Shown piece by piece: positions 25,391 to 37,759 of a stretch of DNA of 64,000 nucleotides. Position 1 is the stretch's first letter. Each line of letters opens with the position of its first letter. A model generated the notes under the pieces. The model saw only the letters and a program-made list of their open reading frames with translations. It was not told the DNA's origin and made no database searches. The position numbers and the translations under genes are program-made. The DNA lies in assembly GCF_030144855.1 (NCBI RefSeq), contig NC_082709.1:172670001-172734000 (forward strand), read 5' to 3'. The DNA is from Hypanus sabinus. Taxonomy: Eukaryota.

Positions 25391-25517
25391 TCATCCATTT
25401 CATTTGAGAAATGCAGAAGCCAACATTGCAGTATCTTCTGGTAGTTTTGCTAGCTAAGCATTGTTTCCAGGTAAGTGAATGGTAAAGACTGGATATTAAG
25501 TTGCTCAGAACTTACAC

Positions 25518-25880
25518 CCTCCAGAAAGACCACAACCTTGTCGTTGGGTTTGGAGGCTTGTGTGCCTCATTGATCCGGTGAGCTATATTGGTTGGAGTCA
25601 GGGCTTATGCTTTGGCTCTTGGTAGGGTCACCCATGCCAAACAGGTCAGAGGGGAGAGATCAGATTAAGAGTGGTTCACTGATCCTTCAGATTTGTGGGT
25701 TCAGCTCAAGGTTAATAACCCTGACTGGTAAAACAAAACTGTTATGGAAACAGCAATGAAAAATCCTTCTACATCTGAGTGTGACGGTATTCCTGAGTCT
25801 CCACCCGGGACTTGCATGACTGAAAGCAGTGAAAACCGAGGGTGCTACTGATACAACAAAGGAAGCTTTGAGCACCTAAA
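25518..25880 (+). mobile_element. RTE-clade-derived non-autonomous element (5' UTR-like)
   Basis: CCTTGTCGT..GGAGGCTTG..GAGCTAT..GGTAGGGTCACCCATGCCAAACAGGTC resembles RTE (Rex3/BovB-type) 5' UTRs as recalled. Confidence 0.6.
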
Positions 25881-26245
25881 CGTCAGCGGCATAATGGCCA
25901 ATAAGTAAGTGAAGAACTGATACCATATTCTCCCTTTGGCCTCTGACGCTGCAGCCAACCCGTGAGTAAGCACATAGGCATGAAACCCTGTGAATTGCAA
26001 AAATAAACAACCAAAATAAACATGTATCATTTCAAAGTACTCTTGTTGGTTTTCCAGAAGGGTCGAACAAGTAATTGGCTGCTTTATTCATTCTTAGCAA
26101 AGGATAAAATAATATCAATTATAACCTCACCATGGTTCAGGTGATGCAAGTGGTATTGTTTTGGAAGGTCAGGCTCCTATTGTGGCCTAATTTAAAGTTC
26201 TGTAGTGAACAGAAACACACTGAAAAGATAAGAGATGAAGCCCTG

Positions 26246-26441
26246 TGATGTACCATCAATAACTCTCGGAGACGAGAAGCAAAAGATAGGCTTTTATTAG
26301 CTGCAAACGTGACCACAACATCTTGGAAACTGAGGGAGGAGCAGTGCCTCCAATCGCCTTTATACAGGGGTCTGTGGGAGGAGCCACAGGAGCAGTCAGC
26401 AGAGGGGCATGTCCAGATAGGTATACACATAGTTTACCACA
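26246..26441 (-). mobile_element. Solo LTR (related to 12164-12387) with 5-bp TSD CCCTG
   Basis: TG...CA termini; CCCTG at 26241-26245 and 26442-26446; shares GTGGGAGGAGCCACAGGAGCAGTCAGC with the first copy. Confidence 0.88.
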
Positions 26442-27406
26442 CCCTGTGCCTGTTTTTACATTTTCCAGCACAGATGATCTCTCTGTAGTTGCATTCTAAT
26501 CTCCTTCTTTTTATATTCTCTGCCCTGTCAAGTCTACCCCATCCAATAGTGCATCACTGGTCAAAGGTCCCTGATTATAAATCCAACCGTCACCCTCTGC
26601 CCTTGTTCACCAATTTTGGATCCAATTTGCAGAATTGCCATGAAACCCCCCATCTGGGACCCTATCAAAGACCTTACTGAAATCCATCAACTTAACAATG
26701 CTTCAAAAAATTTAAATCATCATGCAGACAGAACAAAGTCATGCTGACTATCATTGATTAATCCCTGCCAATCAAGTGCTGATTAATCCTGTACCTTGGG
26801 ATTTTTCCAAATAGTTTCTTTACCACTGATGCTAGATTGACCGATTAGTAATTACCTAGTTCAGACCTTATGGGCTTCCTGAATTAAGACACCATACTCA
26901 CTTCCTTGGGTTATCTGGCACCTCTTCTGCAGCCAGAGGAGGTTCAGTAATCCCCTCCCTTCCCTGGCATAATAGCCGTGGGGATGTTTCATCAAGCATT
27001 TGGAATTCATCCATCTTCAGGTCCACTAAAACACCTAATACCTTCTCCTTTTCGATTGACTTTTATTCTGGAGTTCCACCAAACTCCACCCTGAAATCTC
27101 CAACCACAAGGGTATTCTCTCAAATGAATTCTTTCAGTACCTCGTCCACTTTCTTTAAGGGCTCTGCTGTGTTCTGTTCTCTATTCTTACCAATGGGTAG
27201 AATGATGCAGGGTGGAACTGTAGTTTGCCCTTGAATTTGAACTCCAAACTTGTGACCCAGAGCATCAAACATAACCCCTTAGTTAGAGCACCACAACAAC
27301 ACAGACACAGGAACTTTGGCCCAACTCGTCAATATTGGCCTGGCTTTCCACCTAGTCCCATATACTTGCACTCAGACCATAGCCCTCCTTTATGTACCTA
27401 TCCAAA

Positions 27407-27845
27407 NNNNNNNNNNNNNNNNNNNNNNNNNNNNNNNNNNNNNNNNNNNNNNNNNNNNNNNNNNNNNNNNNNNNNNNNNNNNNNNNNNNNNNNNNNNNNN
27501 NNNNNNNNNNNNNNNNNNNNNNNNNNNNNNNNNNNNNNNNNNNNNNNNNNNNNNNNNNNNNNNNNNNNNNNNNNNNNNNNNNNNNNNNNNNNNNNNNNNN
27601 NNNNNNNNNNNNNNNNNNNNNNNNNNNNNNNNNNNNNNNNNNNNNNNNNNNNNNNNNNNNNNNNNNNNNNNNNNNNNNNNNNNNNNNNNNNNNNNNNNNN
27701 NNNNNNNNNNNNNNNNNNNNNNNNNNNNNNNNNNNNNNNNNNNNNNNNNNNNNNNNNNNNNNNNNNNNNNNNNNNNNNNNNNNNNNNNNNNNNNNNNNNN
27801 NNNNNNNNNNNNNNNNNNNNNNNNNNNNNNNNNNNNNNNNNNNNN
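27407..27845. other. Assembly gap (439 N)
   Basis: Run of N seen directly. Confidence 1.
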
Positions 27846-28030
27846 GACTCTTCCAGCCCTTTGAGCTGGGTTGCCCAGCAATTTAACCCCAGCCTAATCA
27901 CAGGACAATTTACAACAAACAATTAAACTACCAACAGGTACATCTTTGGAATGTGGCAGGACCCCACAGCACTTGGAGGAAACTCATACGGTCACAGGGA
28001 GAATGTACAAACTCCTTACAGGCAGCAGCA
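27846..28030 (-). mobile_element. V-SINE-like element
   Basis: Reverse complement of the SINE head/core (GGTCACAGGGAGAATGTACAAACTCCTTACAG). Confidence 0.65.
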
Positions 28031-28849
28031 GCTCATTCCACACTTGAACCATCCTTTGAATGAAAATATTCACCTTCAGATTACCATTAATTATTTTACC
28101 GTTTTCCTAAACCTACAACCTCTAATTCTAGTCTTACCCAATCCCCGGGGAGAAAGCCTGTACACATTCACCCGGTCCACACCCCTCATAATGTTGTATA
28201 CCTCTATAATATAGCCCCTCATTCCCCTGCGCTCCAGGGAATAAAGTCCAAACCGTTCCCTTTAACTCAAGTCCCAGCAAAATGCAATATCTTTAGCACT
28301 CACTCTAAGAAAATGGCATCTTTGGAGGTTCGTTTAGTTTGTTCGGAAGAACATGGTGATGCAGAAGGAATCAATCAACTTTTATTTCCCAGGGTCCTCT
28401 GATACCAAGTGTGATTGTGGACTTTAGCACTTGGAATGAGTAAGACAAACATCAAACTCTGAACTGCAGCTAGTGTTGCAATTCCACTGTCTGTCTGTTC
28501 AGTCTGTTCAGTCTGTATACATCTTTACAACCTCTGCTCCTGTATAAAATGTGGCAACCAAAAGTTTGGATTGATAAAGTTATCCCTGTTCTGGACACCT
28601 GGCACCATGGAGTTGTGATTCCACGGCATGCATGTCTGATTCTGACCCCGTCTTTGCCCATTCCTCCTGCCCCTTGCTCTTTCCCACTCAAAGTCAGATT
28701 TTGCCTAATGCCCTTTTTATATATTAACACCCACCTAAGCTAAACCCATTTATTTTAAGGGTTAAAATTACCTACCTGGTTACTAGAATGTCTATTATAT
28801 TTAAAAATGTAAGCCCTTCTCATACTTGCAACTGAATTACTCAATTATT

Positions 28850-29852
28850 TGTTATGAACCCCGTAAATGGGTGTCTTACCAGCAAAGATAGAAGTGTCCG
28901 TTGGAGTCTGGTGATACTATTTTCAACAGTATTGATTAGTAAAAATACACAAAAATAATATCAATGCAAATATACAGATAATATGCGTCATCAATACTAA
29001 ACCTAAAAGTGTGGGTATAATAATATTCAATAAGAAATAAGCTCTATTGTTGTCTAGGGGTTAATGAATTGTCAGATGGAAATATAAAGTTCAGTTCAGT
29101 TCATGCAGGCTGCGGTAGTTGTTGGTCACGGTGTTTCAATTGTTGGAGAGAGACAGAGAACAGTAACAGCTATTGACTTGCCAACTTTCCTTTACGATTT
29201 TGATCCATCGATGTGTTGTTGCTGTGGCCATTCACGTATGACCCCTCTGTCCTTTAGCTAGACCGTTCTTCTGTGGTGGACTCGTCACCCAGGCAAGGGT
29301 GGACACACACACAAGTCCCACCGGTCTCGCTACAAAAACACTGAGAGTTAAAATTTACCGACCCTTCGTTCGGTCTTCGATCTCCCACCCTGTCTCGTGG
29401 GGGTTCTGCTGCTCACTAGCGTTTCTCCTGGTGCGTCTGAGGGGTGTTACCCCAGACCTTACTTTTAGCCCCACTCACGGGGTCTCAGGTGTCAATCAGG
29501 TTTGAATGATGTAACCCATCAAACCAGCCCACTCTGGTTGCCCCCTGAGGGGTTTCAATGAATAGAACAGTACCAAGTACACAATCCTTCTCCAAAAGAC
29601 AATAGCAGTAATCAATGGTTTCGTTCCCTTTTGTTGGTAGGAGACATTCCACTTTGTATATCTCTGAGTTGTCTCTCACTCATTAATTTTCATGAGCTAT
29701 TATCAATAACTGCCCTGGCAGAGTCCCTTTTGTCTCTCTGACTTCCTTGATAACAACATCGAAATAATAGCGATTTGCGATTCTCCAAAAGGTGGGGGGC
29801 ATTGGCGATTCTGTACCCTTTTGCCCATCAGAGTTGTTCATTATTCGTAACA
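28850..29852. mobile_element. 1.0-kb solo LTR with 4-bp TSD TATT
   Basis: Termini TGTTATGAA...TTCGTAACA form a short inverted repeat; TATT at 28846-28849 and 29853-29856. Confidence 0.85.
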
Positions 29853-30091
29853 TATTACATTCACAGTTGAGAAAAGTTACCTCAAAAATCAATATGAATT
29901 TCTCAAGAAGAAAGTAGTTAATCTAATTAATTTTAGGATGTGCTTGATAACAATTAATCTGAAACTGAATTCAAACTAAACCTACATAACAGATTTTGTG
30001 AATGTGAAATACGCTCTAAAAGTAACATGATATAATGATTGTTGTGTTTATAAATAATGTATCTTCTAGTCTACCATGAATAATGCTCATG

Positions 30092-30830
30092 ATTCAAGAT
30101 TCAAGATTGTTCAACATCATTTTCTGTACAGAGGTGTAAGGAGAACAAAATAATTGTTACTTATGTAGCACAATAAAAGACACAAAAGATAAAGAATGAT
30201 AGTCATACAAACACACACAATAAATATAAATCCATAAGATAACTTATGTACGTAGATTGGTTGTATGTCCATAAAGTGATGCTAGGCTGTAGATAAGGTG
30301 ATGGACAGGCAATAATAAATTATTGGTGGAGATAGTGGGTGGAGATGCTGATCAGCCTTACTCTTTGGGGAAAGTAACTGTTTTTGAGTCTGGCGGCCCT
30401 GAGGTGGATGCCAAGTAGCCTCCACCCTGACGGGAGTGGAACAAACAGTCCATAAGCAGGGTGTGTAGGATCTTTCAAGATGTTACTGGCCCCTTTCCGA
30501 GCACCTTTCTGTATAGCTGTCCGACATGGCCAGTGGACTGGTGCCTGTGATGCATTGGATAGTGTTGACCACCCGTTGCACAGCCTTCCGGCTCGCTGCA
30601 GTGCAGCCTCTGTACCAAGCAGTAATGCAGCTGGTGAGGATGCTCTCTACTGTGCTTCAGTAGAATGATGTGAGTATATATGTGCAAAGTCCAGCTCTCT
30701 TCAGCTTCCTCAGAATGTAGAGGTGTTGGTGAGCTATCTTGACTGTGATGTGCATTGGGACCTTGAGAAGTTGTGTGTGACGTGCACTCCCAGGAGTGTG
30801 AAACTGCTTGCAGTTTCCGCTGTTGTGCTG
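30092..30830 (-). mobile_element. Rex1/Babar-type LINE 3' portion
   Basis: AHQHLYILRKLKRAGL..ILTSFY remnant; (TCTTGAA)n tail at about 30092-30108. Confidence 0.8.
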
Positions 30831-31194
30831 CCACGTTAAAGGGCAGTGTGAGTGATCCAAAGACCCAGGACACAAAACTACATTTGATCCTGTTACTTCC
30901 TGGTAAACTTCTACAGGTTTAACTCTTGTAAAATTGAAGTAATTACATCATCATTTTCATTTTTCACTGATGATGTCATTAAACGCAAACTACCTAGATA
31001 GTGTATGATGCACCCTGCCAATTGGATAGAGGAGTGAGTAACAAGCACTGAGTTTTCCATGAGGTTATAAACTAAAAATCTGTGATTCTGAGAGATTGAG
31101 TCACCAGGGAATGAGAGGGTATGTTATAGACATACATAAAATTATGAAACAGATTGGGGTTTTTTTTTGGCATATAAGGATTGTAGATGACTGA

Positions 31195-31740
31195 GTGAGA
31201 TCTCTATTGGTCGAGGTCGACCATGGATGCAGAGTCCCAGCTGTCTAGATACACAAGCCAAGGCACTGCAATATGGAGAGTAAACAGTTAACCCTGTAGC
31301 AAGCTCCCGCTCTCCACGCATCTGATGAGCCCAGAGAAACAGCAGAGACTGATACAGTTTGGCACCAGCAGCGTCACAGGAGTTGCCAGTCAGCATTGAA
31401 CTCAACACAGAACTGCCTTAGGGACTCCAGCTCCGGACCTTATCCTTGGGATTTCCTCACGAGGCCTTGCCCATGTGTGGGTATAGCCGCAAGGCAGTGG
31501 AGGTTTGCGATGAGCTGCCAACTACAGCTGACAAGCCCCCTCTGCCTGGTTTTAAGGTGGCATTAGCCTGCCTTTGCCCCTTCTCCTCACAGTTCCAATG
31601 GGATTAGTAGCTAAGCCACACATGAAGGCCAGGAGCTGGACTTGGTTGGCAGAGGCTATTTGAGTCGCACACCATCAGGAGCATTTAATAAGTAGTAGGA
31701 GTTTGTTCCCACTACGACTCCCGGCTATAACAACCTTAAG
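31195..31740. mobile_element. Non-autonomous retroposon, RTE-like (partial second copy at about 16325-16420)
   Basis: Repeated within the window; GATACAGTTTGGCACCAGC..GGACTCCAGCTCCGGA motifs. Family assignment is from memory. Confidence 0.45.
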
Positions 31741-32954
31741 GGGTTGGGTATACAACCAAGTCATTGATATACTTTAAGTGGAGTTTGATGGGTTCTTGAT
31801 TAGTCAGAGCATCAAAGGTTATGGGGAAAAGGAAGGGGAATAGGTTGAGATGGATAATAAAGTAGCCATGATGGAATGGCAGACCAGACTCAATGGGACA
31901 TGCAATTTGGTGTGTCCCTGTCAACCCTTACCAATTTTTGGCGGTGCACCATAAAAGGCATTCCGTCTAGAACTGTAGCAACATGTATGGTAACTGCTCT
32001 GCACATGACTGCAAGAAACAGCTCGCCACATCACAAAAACCAGCTCCCCAGATGATCTCTGTCTATACTTCTTGCTGCTTCAGTTAAGTAGCCAGCATAA
32101 TCAAAGACCACATTCAATTCGGACAAGTTCCCCTCTCTCCTCTCCCCTTTCTCATTGGGCAGAAGATAAAAAAAAGTAAGTAAGCATGTACCATCATGCT
32201 AAAGGACAACATTTATCTCACTGTCATCGGATTCTTGTATGGAGCTTGGGTAAGAAGATGGACCTCTGTCCTCATAACCTACCTTGTTCTGACTCTACAT
32301 CATTTAACTGCACTGCACTCTTTTGGTAGCTTCCTTCTGCGTTGTTATTAATTTACCTTATTCCAGCTCAATGCTCTGTGTAGTGATTTAATCTGCATAA
32401 ACAGTTTGCACGACAAGCTTTTCACTGTAATTTGTACATGTGATAATAATAAATCAATTTCCAAATGAGGTCTGACTAATGCCTCATAAAGCCTCAGTAT
32501 CATTACTTCCTTTTATATCCTATCCCTCTAAAAAGGAATGCTAATGTTGCATTTTCCTTATATATATTTATTTATGTTTACTTTCCTACAGACACAGCAT
32601 GGAATAGACCCTTCTGATACTTTGAACCATACCCCAAGCACCCCCCCCCCCACACACTGACAACCACCAATCACAGGGCAATTAACCTACCTGGTATATC
32701 TTTGGGCTGCGGGAGGAAACCAGAGAACCTGGGAACACCCAAGCATTCCTTGGAGAGGACATATAGAGGACATCGAGTTTGAACTCTGAATTCCAGCCTC
32801 CCGCGCTGTAATAGCATCCCTACGCAACCATTTCCCTTCCTTACTCTCAATTCAACCTGCAAGGTAATCTTTAAGGAGTCCTACACTCAGACTCTCAAGT
32901 CCCTTTGGACTTGCAATTTCTGAATTCATTCCCCATTTAGAAAAAAGCTTTTAT

Positions 32955-33292
32955 TCTTGGTCCATAGGTCAACTGGAGAGCTCGAGAATTTTTGCCAAGG
33001 TGGAAATAATGAATATGAAGGGGCATAATTTTTGGTGATTGGAGGAAAGTGTAGGGGAATGTCAGATAGTTTTTTTATGCAGTTAGTCATGGGTGCATGG
33101 AACACACTGCCAGGGTTGGTGGCAGAACCAGAGAGATTAGGAGCATTTAAAAGACTTTTAGGCACATGGATGATAGAAAAATGGAAAGCTGTGTTAGCAG
33201 AAAGGGTTAGATTGATCTGAGAGTAGGTTAAATGATTGGTACAACATAGCAGGCCAAAGGGCCTGTTCTGTGTCCTATTGTTCTATGTTCTA
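32955..33292 (+). mobile_element. CR1-like LINE 3' fragment ending about 17 bp from an LCA5L splice donor
   Basis: FFMQLVMGAWNTLPG motif and CTATGTTCTA tail. Confidence 0.8.
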
Positions 33293-33308
33293 ATTCAAAG
33301 TAGCATAC

Positions 33309-33591
33309 CTGTTTTCTGAAAGCTCATGTTGTTGTTTTTCTCAACTGTTTCATTCATTGTCTCCTGCAGTTTTCTTTTCTCATCTTCTCCTTGAAATGAC
33401 TCAGCACTGCTGCTGCGATCATCAAAGTCCTCCGAGTATTCCGTGTGTTCGCTGTTTCTTTGAGAACTGCTGCTCTTGGTGCCTTTGCTTGTCTTGTTAT
33501 TGGAATTGCTGCTACTGGAAGTACAGCTTTGGATTTGTCTTCTCGGGGAATGATCTGAGGGACTGCTCTGCAAATCCTCTTCACTGGCCAT
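33309..33591 (-). CDS. LCA5L: Lebercilin-like protein, first coding exon (MASEEDLQSS...EYSEDFDD...SFQKT); the exon including 5' UTR runs to 33670
   Basis: Start codon in an ACC-ATG-G context with an in-frame stop upstream; Ser-rich N-terminus with the YSEDF motif recalled for LCA5L. Donor AG|GTATGC (phase 1) joins in frame to 23249; acceptor ATTTTTCAG| at 33671. Confidence 0.88.
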
Positions 33592-35696
33592 GGTCAGGAA
33601 TATAATCTTTGTTGATTAAGTCTTCTTCATGTTGGATTTCACAGTAAAACCTCCAATAACACGGGTTGTTCTGAAAAATATAGTATCATACACAGTTCCT
33701 GCAGAAGAAAAAATTGGGAAATATTAATGGAAATCTAAAAGAAGAAAGAAATCCTACAAGAATACAAAAGATCAGTCAATATCAGAAACTATCTTCGTCA
33801 AAATTCACTGTTAGCTGTGCTCTTTGCGATTCATTCACTTTATTTTTTCATTCTCTTTTTTCAAGGTATCATCACATAATGGACCACAGAAGGCCACTTG
33901 GTTCACTTTTCTTCTGCTGGGCCTTGTACAGAGATTCTGGTTTGTTCCACTTCCCTCCTGTTTTTAATATTTTCATTGTTTTCCTACTAGTAGGCAAAGC
34001 ATGGAAGCAGAATATAGCATTTTGATTAGTATTATTAGAAATGGTAAAAGGTAGTCAAATTAACTACCTCTTACAAGATTTTAGTTGGTTTTAAGATCCA
34101 CGACGTCTGTTATTAGTATTCACAGTACTGTAGAGACTGTTCAGCCTCAGGTTTTCTAAAGGCAACAGATTCTAATACTGATTTCTCATTGAGTATAGTT
34201 GCGTGCTGTGGTCTGTCGGTTGCATGAAAGCTACATTCTGTAGCTACCACTGAAGCTGGAGGTTAGGTGTAGTTTGGGAGGCCTGGAATTTGAAAACATT
34301 GGTTCAGAGTGAGTCCAGTTTGAATTGTTCATTTATGCAAAAGTGGACCAGACTGAGAGGAAAACTATTTTTACCTGCCTATAGTCAGTGGTTCTACCGG
34401 GAACTCCCAGCTGTCGGCAAATCACAGTTCAGCTTATTGTTCTGAGGACCAAATGCAAAGGTGCACAATGACTAATAGTCAGATATCAATGCTTCTGATC
34501 TCTTTTTCTGGCTCTGAATGCACCTCTGAGCTTAGTATCAGAGTAGTAATGTGCTAGAGAGAGGGAACAATTGTACCTTGCACCTTGCCTCTCAGCTTTG
34601 CAGACAGGCTAACTGGCAGACAGCATGCCATCTAACCTCGCTGAGGTTACTGACCCCATGACCAAATGTAAATGTTTGAATGAGTTCATCATTTAATTTT
34701 ACTTCAATATTTTTGTTTGCTTGTTATATATATTTAACTAGTTGAACATATGTGAATAGATTTTAAAAGTCTACATTAGAGAAATTTAAAATTAGTTTAA
34801 AAGAGTGAGCTAAACCATAGGAGTAGAATTAGGCCAATCAGCCCATCATGACTGATTTATTATCCCTCTCAAACCTATTCTCCTATCTTGCCTCCGAAAC
34901 ATTTGACACCCTTAATAATCAACAACCTATCATCCTCCACTTTAAATATATCCAGTGACTTGGCCTCCACAGTCATCTCTAGGCTCTCTGGGTAAACTCT
35001 GGGTGATCACCTCTCATTCGAGAGAGTTTAACTCTGGTTTGCTTGCATTGTCATAAGAGTCCTTAAGGGTACATGGGGTGTCCTGGGAGGTGCCTGCTTG
35101 TGAAGGGTTTGTCATATCCCTTTATTTGCTCACCTTCGGTCCCCACCAGACACTCAGCTCTCACCTGTGGCTCCAAGTAACTTTGAATGTGACACACCCC
35201 AGTATGCTGCTTTGATGGGCAGGCTAAAGCAGGTGAGGGCAGTGGATGGGCATCATACCCCAAGAGAAAGTGACATGCACGTCCTACCATGCAAAGTCAG
35301 TTCTGGCGGACTGGGCAGAAGAGATCAACAGGAGGGCAGTACTGCAATGCTTCGTGGAGAGTGAAGGGCACGACATGGCTCAGAAGAAGTCAGTTAACAG
35401 CTCCTAAAGAAACTCCCCACCAACACTTTATACTGTGCTTTCTGATTATTGATGCTTGATCCAATATAAACCTTCATATTTGCAACAGCATGAAAATAGC
35501 ACTTTGGTGGACATAATAGAAACATTACTTTGCACATTTGGTAGATCATCTAAAATGCATTCACCAACAAGAATTATGATTAACATCAGGTATGTTTTGC
35601 TGGGAACGAGTATAGGTTCTGCCAGTCTGCTTTTCATGTTTACTGTATTTCCATGCTAACGGCAGATTGTGGAAATGATCTTTGGCATATGTCAGC

Positions 35697-36215
35697 ACAC
35701 TCAGAGGTCACTATATTAGGTACACCTGCTCATTAATGCAAATAACTAATTGGCCAATCATGTGGTAGCAACTCAATTCACGAAAGCATGCAGACATGGT
35801 CAAGAGATTGTTCAGATCAAACAGGAGATTCGGGAAGAAACGTGATCTAACTGACTTTGGCTGCGGAGTGATTATTGGTGCATTCAGGCTGGTTTGAGAA
35901 TCTCGGAAACTGCCGATCTCCTGGGATTTTCATGCACAACTGTCTATAGAGTTTACAGACAATGGTGCGAAAAATCAAGAAAAAGATTCAGTGATTCGCA
36001 AATCTGTTGAAGAAACGCCTCGTTAATGAGAGAGGTCAGAGGAGAATGGCCAGACTGGTTCAAGCTGACAGGAAGGCGACAGTAACTCAAATAACCACAT
36101 GTTACAACAGTGGTGTGCGAAGAGCATCTCTGAATGTAGAACTTGTTGAACCTTGAAGTGGATGGCTGACAGCAGCTGAAGTCCACGAACATGTACTTGA
36201 AAAAGTTGCCACTGA
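35697..36215 (+). mobile_element. Non-autonomous Tc1 derivative retaining the transposase N-terminal HTH region
   Basis: Termini CACTCAGAGGTCACTATATTAGGTAC and AAAGTTGCCACTGAATATA; coding remnants ISETADLLGFS and NERGQRRMARLVQADRKATVTQITT. Confidence 0.85.
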
Positions 36216-36606
36216 ATATAGAATAGCTGTCATTGTCGAAGTTTCTTTCACGTTTGGATATGTTCAGACAGCAATACTCTTTCCTCTGTTACGTCATCAG
36301 CACTCACGTTCTAAACGAAAACAGTGGAAATAATCCACAGAATCACGGATTTACTATCGTGGTTTGTGGCGTTTGATTTTTTTTGTGTTTAAAAACAATA
36401 TTTTTCTGAAGGTAGGATTCCCTCTTTTAAAATTGCACTGTATTAAAGTAGGGTTTGTTATTAAACGAGTCAGAAAATGCCCCTGGTAGTAATTGTCGAC
36501 GAATACTACAAAAATAAAGATAATACTTTAGGGAGAGGGATGGGGTTGGCATTAGTTTTCAAACGCTCACTGACACAATAGGTCTCATACAGGGGATCTG
36601 ACTTAC

Positions 36607-36800
36607 CGATCTGCTGTAGGAGAGACGACGCTGGAAGAGACATGAAACGTCCATGGGACGTCTAACATTGAAGTGTGCTCCTCGCTGCAAGAATGAGTGC
36701 GGAACAGTGGACGGTGAATCGAATGGACACACCATCAAATATTTAGTTCCATCTCCCTGGAAACGGGTGGAGCAGCGATCTGCGCAATTGCGCTCCGAGT
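36607..36800 (-). promoter_or_regulatory. Probable LCA5L promoter and non-coding first exon in a CpG-rich patch
   Basis: Consensus minus-strand donor CG|GTAAGT at 36607/36606, about 2.9 kb upstream of the ATG-bearing exon, which itself has an acceptor; local CpG enrichment; X-box-like motif. The TSS cannot be placed. Confidence 0.7.
36751..36764. promoter_or_regulatory. RFX X-box-like motif ATCTCC-CT-GGAAAC
   Basis: One mismatch to the RTHNYY-WT-RRNRAC consensus; sits at the promoter of a ciliary-family gene. Confidence 0.6.
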
Positions 36801-37759
36801 TATCTCCAGGGGGCCGGACAAAGACATAATCGCTCTCATTTCCCAAAGGGGAAAAATGAATTGAAGACACGATCTTGACTGTTTTCTTTTCTTTCAATTC
36901 AAAATGCGAGAAAGTGGACGACGAATGCATCATTATATCAGTAAGTCTTGGTCCGAAGCTGCCAGATCTCCAGGTCATTACTCGCAATTTAAATGTTCAC
37001 ATTGCCTTTAGTTATCAGACGAAGGTGACACTAGAGACTGCAGATGCTGGAATCTGGAGCAATAAGCAATCTGCTGGAGGAATTTAGTGGCTGCAGCCGC
37101 ATCCGCGGCAGTCTGACGCAGGGGTTCGGCCCGAAACGCGAACAAATACCTTCCCCCAATTCAACCCACTCAGTTCCACCAGCACACTGCTGCAGTAGTT
37201 GTCAAGATGAAGGTCCATGAGGTGTTAGGAAAGAGGAGAGAAAGCTTGACCATAGACGTGTGTTTCAGAGACCCTTGAAGAGGATTGGAAAGGTTCTGGA
37301 ACTGTTAGAAAACCAGAATGGGGGCTGAGGATAAATTACACTAGACAACATTTTTTTTTCGAAGGTGTTCCCTCAGAATTTGTTCTATTTATGACAGACC
37401 GCTTAAAGCTGGACACAAATATAATTTCAGACTACTTGTATCGCGTAGGATACCTATACGACGCTGGAAGAACTCAGCAGGTCAGGCAGCATCTGTGAGA
37501 AAAGAGTAGCCAACGTTTAGGGCCGGACACTTCGTCAGGAATGGGGGGGAAGAGAGGGCCGAAGCCCAGTAATAGAGATAGGGGAGGGGGTAGGGTCTAG
37601 AGGCGCCAGGTGGAGAACCAATCAGAGGAAGGATAAAGGGGGGAGGGGGAGGGGATAAGCATGAAAGAACTGTAGAGATAAAGGAGCAGAAAGTTGAAAG
37701 GGGAGAGGGCAGAGAGGGACCTAGGATGGGAAAAGGAGATGGACCTAGGAGTTTGGAGA

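Noticed and set aside
27225-27926. Five long ORFs in the track
   Set aside because: Artefacts of translating through the N gap.
31322-31340. CTGATGA...GAAAC hammerhead-like string
   Set aside because: The intervening GCCCAGA cannot form stem II, and no UH cleavage site or stem I follows.
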